NCBI GenBank assembly: GCA_964016885.1 | Contig: OZ024753.1 | Span: 20,770,001-20,834,000 of the forward strand | Length of the DNA: 64,000 nt | Source of the DNA: Eledone cirrhosa | Lineage: Eukaryota | Direction of reading: 5' to 3' | Part shown: positions 51,245-64,000 of the stretch, piece by piece | Numbering within the stretch: position 1 is the stretch's first letter | How the letters are laid out: every line of letters begins with the position of its first letter | The notes under the pieces: model-generated | The model's database searches: none | The model's input: the letters and a program-made list of their open reading frames with translations, nothing else | What the model was told of the DNA's origin: nothing | Position numbers and translations under genes: made by a program

Positions 51245-52496
51245 TTTTGTTGTATGTGGTCCTAGATGTGTATTACCTGCTTGTGTGTTTTAAGTGGTTC
51301 TATATGTGTGTATTACTTGCTTCTATGTTGTATGTGGTCTTAGATGTGTGTATTACATCCTTGTGTGTTATATGTGGTCCTAGATGTGTGTATTACCTGC
51401 TTGTGTGTTGTATGCGGTACTAGATGTATTACTATGTGTGTATTACTTGCTTCTATGTTGTATGTGGTCTTAGATTTGTGTATTACATCCTTGTGTGTTG
51501 TATGTGGTCCTAGATGTGTGTATTACCGGCTTGTGTGTTGTATGTGGTCCTAGATGTGTGATTACCTGCTTGTGTGTTGAATGTGGTCCTAGATGTTTGT
51601 ACTACCTGCTTGTGTGTTGTATGTGGTACTAGATGTGTGATTACCTGCTTGTGTGTTGTATGTGGTCCTAGATGTATGTATTACATCCTTGTGTGTTTTC
51701 TGTAGTCCTAGATGTGGATATTACCTGCTTGTGTGTTGTATGTGGTCCTAGATTTGTGTATTACATCCTTGTGTGTTTTATGTAGTCCTAGATGTGTGTA
51801 TTACCTGCTTGTGTGTTGTATGTGGTCCTAAATGTGTGTATTACCTGCTTGTGTGTTGTATGTGGTCCTAGATGTGTGTATTACCTGCTTGTGTGTTGTA
51901 TATAGTACTAGATGTGTGATTACCTGCTTGTGTGATGTATGTGGTCCTAGATGTATGTATTACATCCTTGTGTGTTTTATGTGGTCCTAGATGTGTGTAT
52001 TACCTGCTTGTGTGTTGTATGTGGTCCTAAATGTGTGTATTACCTGCTTGTGTGTTGTATGTGGTCCTAGATGTGTGATTACCTGCTTGTGTGTTGTATG
52101 TGGTCCTAGATTTGTGTATTACCTGCTTGTGTGTTGTATGTGGTCCTAGATATGTGTATTACCTGCTTGTGTGTTGTATATGGTCCTAAATGTATGTATT
52201 ACCTGCTTGTGTGTTGTATGTGGTCCTAGATGTGTGATTACCTGCTTGTGTGTTGTATGTGGTCCTAGATATGTGTATTACCTGCTTGTGTGTTGTATGT
52301 GGTCCTAGATGTGTGTATTACCTGCTTGTGTGTTGTATGTGGTACTAGGTGTGTGATTACCTGCTCGTGTGTTGTATGTGGTCCTAGATGTGTGAGTACT
52401 ACCTGCTTGTGTGTTGTATGTGGTCCTAGATGTGTGAGTACTACCTGCTTGTGTGTTGTATGTGGTCCTAGATGTGTGTATTATCTGCTTGTGTGT
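51245..52496. repeat. 38-40-bp minisatellite, about 30 units
   Basis: Unit TAGATGTGTGTATTACCTGCTTGTGTGTTGTATGTGGTCC. Confidence 0.95.
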
Positions 52497-53199
52497 TTTT
52501 TCTTTCTTTATCTTTTCCCTTTTCTTATGTTTATAAAACAATAAAATAAAACTACATTTGTAACGGTATTTACACAACTGTGAATAAAATCGTAATTGAC
52601 AATATGCACAGAAATTGAATGAAGATTGTGTTACACTTTCTTCTGTAATCAGTAAAGTAATTCATGATACATTTTAAAAAGATGTTATTTTATTTAAACA
52701 GCATTACGGCAAAATGTCATGAAAATGATATAATGAACGTTAACGGAAGTGTTGACATTTGAAAGTTTTAACAGAAATGAATCTTAAAATAAGAATACAT
52801 TATATATAAGAATATTTGTTTAATTAAGAGCTACGAAATTTAGTGAATAAATTACATAATATTCATTCATGATTTATTCAAAGTAATCCAACTTATTTTA
52901 ATAACATGTTCAGAAAAAATAAATCTGTTTTGCAGTTCTCCAATCATTATATATTAGATTAGTAGAGGGTCGGACACCATGCTTTGACGCATAGAGTTAC
53001 AGCCCTTGCCATTCTGAATTCAAATCCCGCCGAGGTTAGCTTTGCCTTTCATCCTTACAGGGTCGATAAAATAAAGTACCAGTAATGTACTGGGTAATTT
53101 CTGGCCTTGTGCCAATAGTAGAAACAATTATATATTAGATTGATTGCAGTAGTAATATTAGTAGTAGTAGTAGTATCAGCAGCAGTAGTCGTAGTTGTT

Positions 53200-53830
53200 G
53201 TTGTTTTTATCATTCTTAGTTTGCCGACTATCACTGGTATTGTACAGGCCTTAAGATGCCACATTTTCTCAACTTCTTTATATTTCTAAACTCTTTCAAG
53301 GAGACCTTACAATCTGATGGAATGCTCATATCAATTAAGAAACATGTTTTCTCTTTATGGTCCTTCACAATTATATCAATTATATTGTTCTGTCAGTATT
53401 CACAGGGAAACCCCAGAGGATTGTTGCCTCCTGTTATTGCATCTGTATCATGGTTCTACCATTTTCCCTCCGTTTTCAGACTATAAAACCAGCACAATAC
53501 CCAGTGTAAGTATTGCCCCACTCTTTCATGCCACGTTCTATATTCCTGAGCAGCTAATAGCTTGCAGCCAAGTGGTCAATAGTCTCAATGATGCTCATTA
53601 TAGAATCAACACTTATGGTCAGTTCCATTTCTGATAACAATGGCTTGAAAGTTGCATGTTGGGAGACACTGGTGTTGTGGTTTATTGTTTCTTCCCTATC
53701 TCCACATATTCTACAGTTACTTATTGTGTTTTGTTTAATTGAGTACTTCTGGTGGGTAGATTCTAGTCCTCTGCTGCAATTAGAAATCCTTCTCTCTCAG
53801 CTTTTAGTCCCGTGCTTCAGAGCCAGTTTT
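53200..53830 (-). pseudogene. R4/Dong-like LINE fragment
   Basis: WHLKACTIPVIVGKL and KFEKMW motifs, similar to 32420-32850. Confidence 0.55.
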
Positions 53831-54345
53831 GTGTGTTTTCTTTGTCTATCTTATTATCATTATGGTGGATTAGCAGAGGGTCGGACGCCATGCCTTGCAG
53901 CAAAGAGTTACGGCCCTTTATGGTCCGAGTTCAAATCTCGCCAAGGTTAACTTTGCCTTTCATCCTTACGGAGTCGATAAAATAAAGTACCAGTAATACA
54001 CTGGGATAATTGCTAGCCTTGTGCCAAAAGTAGAAACAATTATAATTATTATCATTATCCTAATTATCAATAGCAAAGAAGTGTACGAAACAATCTGCTG
54101 CAGAAAAAAATTCATATTTTCTGTAAGATTAAAAGACAATTATGTATTAAATGTTACACAAGCCTGTGAATGTGTACTTCAATATTGATATAAATACATT
54201 TACATGTGTGTTGGCTTATATTCAAATAATTTTGATTAAAATAAATGCAGTTTCGCATCTGGGATTTTTTTCTATTTGGCAGAAGATTACTGATTAAAAT
54301 GATTCATATTTTTCTTTCCTCTACATATTGTTTTCTAAAATATCA

Positions 54346-54407
<62 letters not shown>

Positions 54408-54514
54408 GTATATAACAGAAAACATGTGTATAACAGAAAACATGTATATAACAGAAAACACATGTATATAACAGAAATACATGTATATAACAGAAAACAG
54501 TGTCTTTCAATAAC

Positions 54515-54687
<173 letters not shown>

Positions 54688-54929
54688 CATATCTCACGCC
54701 ATTGCGCAAATGGATAACTGTTATCCATTTGACATTGAAACAGTCTGAGCTCAACTCTATTTTCCCAAATATTGTCGTCTTACTAGTTTCGGTAACTCCC
54801 AATGTCTTTCCCTCTCTTTCTCCCTCAATATATATATAACCCTAGTTAATATATAACCCTAGTTAATATTTATTCTTTTCTATATATATTGCCTTGTTTT
54901 CTTGCTCTTACTATCTCTCTAGGTTTTAA

Positions 54930-55765
54930 CTCCACCAGTTGCAGACTGCGCATCAACTTGAGATATCTCTCTCTCCACAAAGTTCGATCACTAACAGCAG
55001 AGTTTAAAGAGCAAAGGTCAAGTCCAGTCCATAAGTTGACATTATGAATCCAACGTTTTGACTGCTGGCCTCTGTTTCTCTTACCAGTCAACCTTCCTTC
55101 TAGGTATAACTCACACCATGAGTTGATCTTTTTATATGACCGTATAGTTTGAGTACTCTTGACTTGACAATTGATGTAATTGGTCTATGTTTGGTAATGT
55201 TGAGCAGCTCACTGATACAGATACGGTCACTGCGCTGCTTGCCAGTCATAAGTCTCATAATGTGGTTCTGGAATGTAGAGAGCTTCTGAAGTGACCTTGT
55301 TGTCCAATTAACACAATCAGGACCATATAACACAACTAGTAGGATGTAAGTATCAAAGATCTTAGCCTTCAAATGATAGGAAACTCGTTTTGATGTTAGT
55401 ACTTCCTTGTTCCTGTATAAAGCTGCCCAACCTAGAGTGATGCACAGTAACCATTCCATTGTTGTTTGATGATAGGTTGTGACGAAAATATGCAAACTCT
55501 GTATCTTGAGCAATTTGTTGGTTGTAGATTGTGAGTTAGGGATTGGCATTGTTTTATCAGTTGTCATACATTTTGTTTTGGAGATGTTGATTAGTAAGCC
55601 AGCCTCCAGTGAATGTTTGGCCAGTACATTCAGAAAGTCTTGTAGATCAGTTCTAGAGTAACTCATGATGACCAGGTCGTCTGCATAGCTAAGATTTGAT
55701 AGGATTTTACCTCCTATTTCAGAGCTGGAGGAGCATTCTTCATCAGTTTGGTAGATAAGTACAGC
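54930..55765 (-). mobile_element. RTE-like LINE fragment
   Basis: SNLSYADDLV, GLLINISKTKCM, VVLYGPDC.NW, LKLYGHIKR, GKRNRG. Confidence 0.75.
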
Positions 55766-55787
55766 TATAACTCTCTCTATATATATA

Positions 55788-57270
55788 TCATCACCATCAT
55801 CATCATCACCATTTTACGTCCGTTCTTCCACGCTAGCATGGGTTAGACGGGTTGTCCTGTTGTGGGCAGTAGCCGGTTGGCTGACCATACCTTGCTCATA
55901 TGGGAACTGATTCTGGCTTGATTTCTACAGCTGCATGCTGTTCCTAACACCAACCTCATTTACAGTGAGTGCTGGGCGCACTTTTTTTTTTTCCGTGGCA
56001 CCTACACGTCCACTTTACAGTGTGGGCTGGGTGCTTTTTTTGCCGTGGCACCTCCACGACAACTTTGCAGTGGGAGGGTGTGAGGGCGTATTGCCTATAT
56101 GCTTCAGCTTCGGCTTGTACCCGTGGGGTTCGGGTCTTCTGTATTACTGCATGACACCAGAGGTTATGGTCGTGTGTCATCGCCTTTGAGAGGTGTAATT
56201 GGGTAAGGTCGGCTTTTATTACCTCTTCCCAAGTCTTCTTGGGTCTCCCCTCTCCACGGTTTCCATCGACTTCTAGTGCTCTGCACCTTTTTATGCAGCT
56301 GTCATCCTTCATATGCATCACATGTCCATACCAATGCAACTGCCTCTCCTGCACACAGCATTTGATTCCTCTTATGCTCAGTCTCTCTCTTAATTCGTTT
56401 ATGCTTTGTCGTTCACGTATATTACTGTTACACATCCATTGGAGCATGCAGGCTTCGTTTCTTTCTAATCTATGCAAGTCTTCCACAGACAGTGCCCAGG
56501 TCTCACTACCATGTAACATTGCTGTTCGTATACATGCATCATACAGTCTGCCTTTCCTTTTGAGGGCAAAGCCTTTTGCAGCTAGCAGTGGCAGTAGCTC
56601 CCTGAATTTCTTCCATCCCGTTCTTATCCTAGTTATTGTACTTTCCGAACACTCACCTCCGCTGTTAATTCAGTCACCTAGGTAGCAGAAGTTGTATACT
56701 GTTTCTACAGAGCCCTCCCAGAGTTTGGTGGTACTTGTTTCCTGTGGCTGTCTGCTGCTTGCTGTCCCAACGCAGCTGGTACATGTGAAGCCTACATTCT
56801 TAGTTAAGCTTCCTGAGATCCCACTACATCTCTTGTGTACCCATTGTTTACATTTGGGGCAGAGAATGGAGTTCCTCCATACACATTTCCTACATACTGA
56901 GCAAGGCCATTTCCCTGAGGGGATCTGGGTTCTGTTTTCTCGTCTACTTACCTTAGTTTTTGTCAGGTTGACTTTGAGACCCTTTCTTTCTGGTCCCTGC
57001 TTCCAAGTTTGGAATTTCTTCTCTAGTTCTACCATAGATTCAGCTATAAGTGTAAGGTCATCTGCATACAGAAGTTCCCACGGGCATCCGGTCTTAAACT
57101 CCTCCGTTATTGCCTGCAAAACTATGATGAACAGGAGAGGGCTAAGAACAGAGCCCTGGTGGACACCGACCTGTATGCTAAATTCCTCGCTATAGTCATT
57201 GCTAATCCTAAATTTGCTGACTGCTCCCCTATACATGGCTTGTACAGCTTTCGCAAGCCATTCATCTACT
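55788..57270 (-). mobile_element. RTE LINE 3' part with PHD finger
   Basis: GVHQGSVLSP, YADD, CSVC..CPKC..H..C..CTSC, MLHGSETW, tail. Confidence 0.9.
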
Positions 57271-57597
57271 CCTCTACTCTCCTTATATAACTCTTTACGT
57301 GAAGGCACACATATATATATCTACAGTAACTTCATGTTACACTCCTTGGATATATATATATATATATGTGGGGATATTAATCTCATTTTATGTATATTCT
57401 CTCATGTGTGTAGAGAAAAAAGCGTTGTACCTAACTGCTATTTTTAGTAGCATGGTAAACAACACATCTATAATATTCCCGCTCTCACTAACGACCAGTT
57501 TATGTGTGGGTCATTTTAACGACCCGACCTTACGCTAGCTGGCAGTAGGCGTTATATTTACAGACTGTGAGACTTTACGTCCTATAGAATGGAAATA

Positions 57598-57676
57598 GCT
57601 TTCTGAGGAGCCGATCTTTCCATTGGATGTCCTTTGGAATTCCAATCTTTTGTGAGGCGAAACCCTCAGTAAAATC
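57598..57676 (+). ncRNA. Candidate hammerhead ribozyme (family E) with extended stem II
   Basis: gcttt CTGAGGA gcc..(attggatgtcc/ggaattccaat)..ggc GAAA C cctca G TA aaatc. Stems I and III are weak. Confidence 0.5.
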
Positions 57677-57755
57677 ATTTTGGATAGGTAAATATTTAAA
57701 TTGTATTTTAATTTATTTAAAAGATTGTTTAATATTTACTTGTTCCGCTCATCTC

Positions 57756-57834
<79 letters not shown>

Positions 57835-57837
<3 letters not shown>

Positions 57838-58868
57838 AGATGTAGCGGGATCTCAGGAAGCTTAATTAAGAATGTAGGCTTCACATGTACCAGCTGTGCT
57901 GAGACAGCAAGCAGCAAACAGCCACAGGAAACAAGTACCACCAATCTCTGGGAGGGCCCTGTAGAAACAGTAGACAGCTTCTGCTACCTAGGTGACCGAA
58001 TTAGCAGCGGAGGTGGGTGTTCAGAAAGTACAATAACTAGGGTAAGAACGGGATGGAAGAAGTTTAGGGAACTACTACCACTGCTAGCTGCAAAAGGCTT
58101 CTCCCTCAGAATGAAAGGCAGACTGTATGATGCGTGTATCCGAACAGCGATGTTGCATGGTAGTGAGACCTGGGCGCTGAAGGTGGAAGCCTTACGTAGA
58201 TTAGAGAGAAACGAAGCCTGCATGCTCCGATGGATGTGTAACAATAATATACGTGAACGACAAAGCATAAATGAATTGAGAGAGAGACTGAGCATAAGAG
58301 GAATCAAATGCTGTGTGCAGGAGAGGCGGTTTCGCTGGTATGGACATGTGATGCGTATGAAGGATGATAGCTGCATAAAAAGGTGCAGAGCACTAGAAGT
58401 TGATGGAAACCGCAGAGTGGGGAGACCCAAGATGACCTGGGATGAGGTGATAAAAGCCGACCTTACCCAATTACACCTCTCAAAGACAATGACACACGAC
58501 CGTGACTTCTGGCGTCACGCAGTAATACAGAGTACCCGACCTCCCATGGGTACAAGCTGAAGCATATAGACAATATGCCCCCACACCCCCCACCGCAAGG
58601 TGGTCGTGGAGGTGCCACGGCAAAAAAGCACCCAGCCCACACTGTAAAGTGGACGTGTAGGCGCCACGAAAAAGCACCCAGCACTCACTGTAAATGAGGT
58701 TGGTGTTAGGAAGGGCATCCAGCTGTAGAAATCAAGCCAAATCAGTTCCTGTATGAGCAAGGCATGGTCAGCCGACCAGACACTACCCACAACAGGACAA
58801 CCCGTCTAACCCATGCTAGCGTGGAAGAACGGACGTAAAACGGTGATGATGATGATGATGATGATGAT
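57835..58868 (+). mobile_element. RTE LINE 3' part, inverted relative to 55788-56835
   Basis: ORF 58111-58560, UTR and (GAT)n tail. Confidence 0.9.
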
Positions 58869-59451
58869 ATGTGCCTTCACGTAAAGAGTTGTAAAAGGAG
58901 AGTGAATGTGAACATGAGTTGAGTGGAGGGTAAAGGGTTAAAAAGGAGAGTGTATGTGAGTATGAGTGGAGTGAAGGGTTGTAAAAGGAGACAATGTGAG
59001 TATAATGTGTAGAATGGAATGATAGGGGAGAGATGGTTGCTGGTTGGAGTATAAAAGAGCAGAGGCAATATGATAGGATAACAATAAGGAAGTTATAATT
59101 GTTTCTACTTTTGGTACAAGGCCAGCAATTATCCCAGTACATTACTGATACTCTATTTTATCGACCCCGTAAGGATGAAAGGCAAAGTTAACCTCGGTGG
59201 GATTTGAACTTAGATTGTAAAGGGACGTAACTCCATGCTGCAAAGCATGGCGTCTAACCTTCTGCCGATACTGCCAATCTCCCACCCTAAGGATATTATA
59301 ATAAGAGAAAGCAAGTGTAGGATATCAACATAAAAGTATTATGGGCAGAGTTTAGATTAAAGTCTTACTGAGTATATAACAGCGACACATCTTGTTTATA
59401 TATTTGTGTGTGTGTGTAAACATATATGTAAATATATAAATATATATATAC

Positions 59452-59755
59452 AATGATATTAAATAAATGGAAACTATATTTATAAAACCATATTTATTCT
59501 ATTATATATATTTCAAGGGTACCAAAAACTTTGGTACGCTTTCATCAGATAAAATACAAAGTGTGTTTTATGCAAGGAAACATACCTTATCAGTTGACTA
59601 TCCAAGGAATACTTCAACTGATAAGGTATGTTCCTTGGCTATGTCAAAATTTATAAAACACACTTTGTATTTTATCTTATGAAAGCGTACCAAATATATA
59701 TAATAGAATAAATATGGTTTTATAAATATAGTTTCCATTTATTTAATATCATTGA
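59452..59755. repeat. Fold-back element (family C, Penelope-like 3' end)
   Basis: 59452-59571 is inverted at about 59652-59755. Central hairpin CAAGGAAACATACCTTATCAGTTGA/TCAACTGATAAGGTATGTTCCTTG. Confidence 0.85.
59495..59556 (-). ncRNA. Hammerhead ribozyme (family C)
   Basis: Minus strand: tattttat CTGATGA aagcgtaccaaa..tttggtaccctt GAAA TATATA TA atagaata. Confidence 0.75.
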
Positions 59756-59853
59756 ATATTTACTCCAGAAATCTGTCGAGTGCTCTGAATCAGTTATAAA
59801 CATTTATATTTGTTGAATTACCAACAAATTAAATATCCCTTCTGCTTATAAAA

Positions 59854-59905
<52 letters not shown>

Positions 59906-60132
59906 AATGTATAAGACATAAATAAATTAGATAAGATAGATAAATGATGTGTGTGATAAGGAAGTTAATCCAAGTAATTATTCTGAATAAATGAAAATTA
60001 TAAAGGATGCTGCTGATGATGATGATAGGGGGCTAGTGGTGGTGATGGTGATGAAATTTATATAATATAGATGTCAAATTGTAATATATTTCAAAATATC
60101 TTGGTTTCATCAAGACCCAAGTTGTAGATCAT

Positions 60133-60495
60133 TGGGACATGGGCTAAGTTTGTATTTGATTGAGACATGGGCTAAGTATGCATTTGATTGAGACATGGGC
60201 TAAGTTTGTATTTGATTGAGGCATGGGCTAAGTTTGTATTAGATTGAGACATGGGCTAAGTTTGTATTTGATTGAGACATGGGCTAAGTTTGTATTAGAT
60301 TGAGACATGGGCTAAGTTTGTATTTCATTGAGACATGGGCTAAGTTTGTATTTCATTGAGACATGAGCTAAGTATGTATTTGATTGAGATATGGGCTAAG
60401 TTTGTATTTCATTGAGACATGAGCTAAGTATGTATTTGATTGAGACATGGGCTGAGTTTGTATTTGATAGAGACATGGGCTAAGTTTGTATTTAA
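60133..60495. repeat. 28-bp minisatellite, about 13 units
   Basis: Unit GAGACATGGGCTAAGTTTGTATTTGATT. Confidence 0.95.
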
Positions 60496-61499
60496 TTCCT
60501 GTTTGCTGCAGACAATACACTTGTCATGCCATTTTTTAACTTATTCCTTACCATATTTTTTAATGTAAGGCACTACCTGTGATTTTCGAATCAATTGACA
60601 AATTCTCAGACCTCATTTATGTACTATGCGGGGGAAAAATCATTAAATTGGACCAAGAAAACAATGTTTCCAATGGTCTTTCCATTGCTGATACTATCTA
60701 CCAATCACAACTCTTGGCAGATTTTCAAATAGTTTTGAAAATAATCAATAATTAGAATGTTAGACCATATGTAAGTGAAATAACAGATCCCTTGTCTGTC
60801 TAGGAGGTCAGTAGCCCTGTTTCAGTAATGACTTGGTCTATATAGACCTGTCCAACCCTTGCTAGCAGGAAAAGTAGACATTAAAACGATAATGTTGATG
60901 ACTAATTTTGTCATTATTAATTTGGCATACCAAAGATTCTTATATAAATAAAATATTTTCAGATAAATATAAAACTTTGAAATAAACAGCTTAGTGTCAT
61001 AGAACCAGGGCTGTTTCAGGCAGTTTGATATCAAAAAGGTCAAATGTAAAAATGGAGATTGACATTATCAGCTTAACTTTACTTTTCATTGGGGTCTTAG
61101 GGGATTTCAAAAGAGGGACACGAGTAGATAATGTTATTGACCTTCTGGACTGTTGTGTCAATTTAAGCCAACAATTACATTGACTCAGATCAGTTTGTGA
61201 CTAATCCAGTAGTTGTTTGTGTTACAGACATGGAACATAAAATGAATGGTAGATCAAGTTTACTTGATATGTTTAATGAAACTTTTAAAGCCTTTAGAAC
61301 ATGAATAGCTAACTTTAAACCTATTTCTATTTAAGTCTTTATATATTGAAAAACAAAAAGTTTTTAAAGCCTCAGACCAGACACTGGTTTATATCACAAT
61401 ATTTCCTGGTTTATTATTTCTACAAATAGAAACATGGTATGGATGTTTATATTTGTTTATATAGAGATTTATGAATATGCATACACACACCCTCCACTA

Positions 61500-61932
61500 A
61501 TCATCACCATTTTACGCCCGTTCTTCCATGCTAGCATGGGTTAGATGGGTTATCCTGTTGCGGGCAGTGTCTGGTCGGCTGACCTTGTCTTACTCATACG
61601 GGAAATGATTCTGGCTTGATTTCTACAGCTGGATGCCCTTCCTAACACCAACCGCATTTACAGTGAGTGCTGGGTGCTTTTTTTCCGTGGCACCTACACG
61701 TCCACTTTACAGTGTGGGCTGGGTGCTTTTTTGCCGTGGCGCCTACACGTCCACTTTGCAGTGGAATGATAGGGACCCCAGTCATATCATCTCATTTCTA
61801 CAGCTGAGTAAACTGGAGCAATGTGAAATAAAGTGTCTTGCTCAAGGAAACAACACATCACCTGGTCCGAGAATTGAACTCACAACGTTTTGATTGCAAG
61901 CCCAATGCTCTAACCACTAAGCCATGTGCCTT
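61500..61932 (-). mobile_element. Composite SINE (same head as 24905-25240, different tail)
   Basis: tRNA head and CORE-like body. The 3' half matches the RTE 3' UTR at 58595-58850. Confidence 0.8.
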
Positions 61933-61949
61933 CAATAACCCCTATATAT

Positions 61950-62765
61950 ATCATCATCATCATCATCATTTAACGTCCATCTTCCACACTAGCATGGGTT
62001 AGACAGTTTTGTACCATTCGATATGGGAATGGTTGGGAGACCGTGGCTCACCCATACGGAAGTGTCTCTAGCAGGTTTCTACAACTGGATGCCCTTCCTA
62101 ACACCAACCACTTTTACAGTGTGGACTGAGGGCCTTTTTACCATGTCCCCTACACAACCACCTTACAGTCTGGACTGTTGTGTCATTGACATAGTGGACG
62201 GAACAAGAAAGGGAGGATGGGGTAGGGTGTGTGGGGTGGGATGTACATTGGGTTAAGAGGTGCCTACTGACTGTAGGTTTGTATGCAAGGGCAGTCGGAT
62301 CTTCTGTCTGTACAACTACATGGTGCCAAAGATCTCGATCCAATGTCCTTGTCTTAGAAAGTTGTAGGTGAGCAAGGTCAGTTTTTATCACCTCGTCCCA
62401 AGATTTTCTTGGTCTACCCACTCCGCAGCTTCCATCAATTTTCCATCCTCTGCACTTTTTTTTATACAGCTGCCATCCTTCATATGCATCACATGTCCAT
62501 TCCAATACAATCTTCCCTCCAGAACACAACATTTGATACATCTTATTCTTAGTCTCTCTCTCAATTCGTTTATGTTTCACCTTTTGTACATATTACTATT
62601 ACACATCCATCAGAGCATGCAAGTTTCATTTCTTTCTAATCTACGCAAGTCTTCAGCACACAATGCCCAGGTCTCACTACCATGTAATATCGCCGTTCGT
62701 ATACAAGCATAATGCAATCTGCCTTTCATTTCAAGAAAAACCCCTTGTGGCCAACAGCGGTTTTA
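61950..62765 (-). mobile_element. RTE LINE 3' fragment
   Basis: GRPRKSWDEVIKTDL, UTR and tail. Confidence 0.85.
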
Positions 62766-63401
62766 GCAAGAACCATTGGGGCAGTTCTTGTGTGCCTTTG
62801 ATGGTTTCTCAGGGACAAAATTTTGTTTTTTTAAATTACACATCCACATTGGTTCAGGCTTTCTGTTTGTTTCTTAGTTGTGTGGCTTTAGTTGTTTATG
62901 ATAGGATTGCAATATGATAGCTGAAACATATAACAAAATATTAAGCAATTCATATGTCATTTTCACACCTTTGGACCGTGTGGCCTTCAGATAATTATCA
63001 GCTATTTCGTTTACAGCTTCCAATTCCAATTTAGTGGGTTCTTTACTGATTCTTGTGTTGTATGGTCTAAGGCTGTGTATCTCTTGAAACATATCATCCT
63101 ATATCACTTGTAATGTGCTCACAAGTTTTTGATGTTCCGTTTCTACAGTAGAGGCATGGATTTCAACTATGTTGTTGGTGTGCTGTTCACTGCTAGATTC
63201 AGCTGACCATTCTCTCTGTCTGTCAATGGAAGTGGAGTGGATGTCAGCTATGTTGTTGGTGTGCTCTGTTCACTGTTAGACTTAGCTGACCATTCTCTCT
63301 GTCTGCCAATGGAAATGGAATGATTGTCTTCAATTGTGTCACTCAGTTCCGTTGGATGTATCAATTTACAACTAATGATACGTTTTGCCTGTTCATTTAA
63401 A

Positions 63402-64000
63402 TGTGTTGGCTCTGTCTATATATATAGTGTTGGCTCTGTCTATATATATATAGTGTTGGCTCTGTCTATATATTTAGTGTTGGCCCTGTCTATATATTTA
63501 GTGTTGGCCCTGTCTATATATATACAGTGTTGTCTCTGTCTATATATACAATGTTATCTCTGTCTATATATAGTGTTGGCTATGTCTATATATATATAGT
63601 GTTGGCTCTGTCTATATTTACAGTGTTATCTCTGTCTATATATATAGTGTTGGCTATGTCTATATATATAGTGTTGGCTCTGTCTATATATACAGTGTTA
63701 TCTCTGTCTATATATATAGTGTTGGCTCTGTATATATATATAATGTTGGCTCTGTCTATATATACAGTGTTGGCTCTGTCTATATATATAGTGTTGGCTC
63801 TGTCTATATACAGTGTTGGCTTTGTCTATATATATAGTGTTGGCTCTGTCTATATATATAGTGTTGGCTCTGTCTATATACAGTGTTGGCTCTGTCTATA
63901 CATATAGTGTTGGCTCTGACTATATATATAGTGTTGGCTCTGTCTATATATATAGTGTTGGCTCTGTCTATATATATAGTGTTGGCTCTGTCTATATATA
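63402..64000. repeat. 22-28-bp minisatellite AGTGTTGGCTCTGTC(TA)n, running off the window end
   Basis: Seen directly in the sequence. Confidence 0.95.

Noticed and set aside
51245-52496. CRISPR-like periodicity (also at 60133 and 63402)
   Set aside because: Units are contiguous with no variable spacers, so these are minisatellites.
62860-63150. Minus-strand ORF resembling an R4-like LINE N-terminal region
   Set aside because: Similarity is too weak to support without a database search.

Overview
AT-rich eukaryotic (animal) DNA with no recognisable intact host gene. The SINE, RTE and microsatellite content resembles coleoid cephalopod (Octopus-like) genomes; this is an inference from remembered repeat motifs. 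The window is a nested mosaic of decayed transposons: several RTE-clade LINEs (two long copies, with a PHD finger inside the RT), a Tx1/L1-like LINE, R4/CRE-like RLE fragments, Penelope-like elements (Naiad-type GIY-YIG), non-autonomous Helitrons, two tRNA-SINE families, (TA)n tracts and minisatellites. The most striking signal the ORF track does not explain is a set of minimal type-I hammerhead ribozyme folds from about five unrelated sequence families. Most of them lie in fold-back (inverted-repeat) elements, and one is a U3-A8 core variant at the apex of a 300-bp non-coding hairpin. All folds and alignments were made by eye, and boundaries of decayed elements are approximate.
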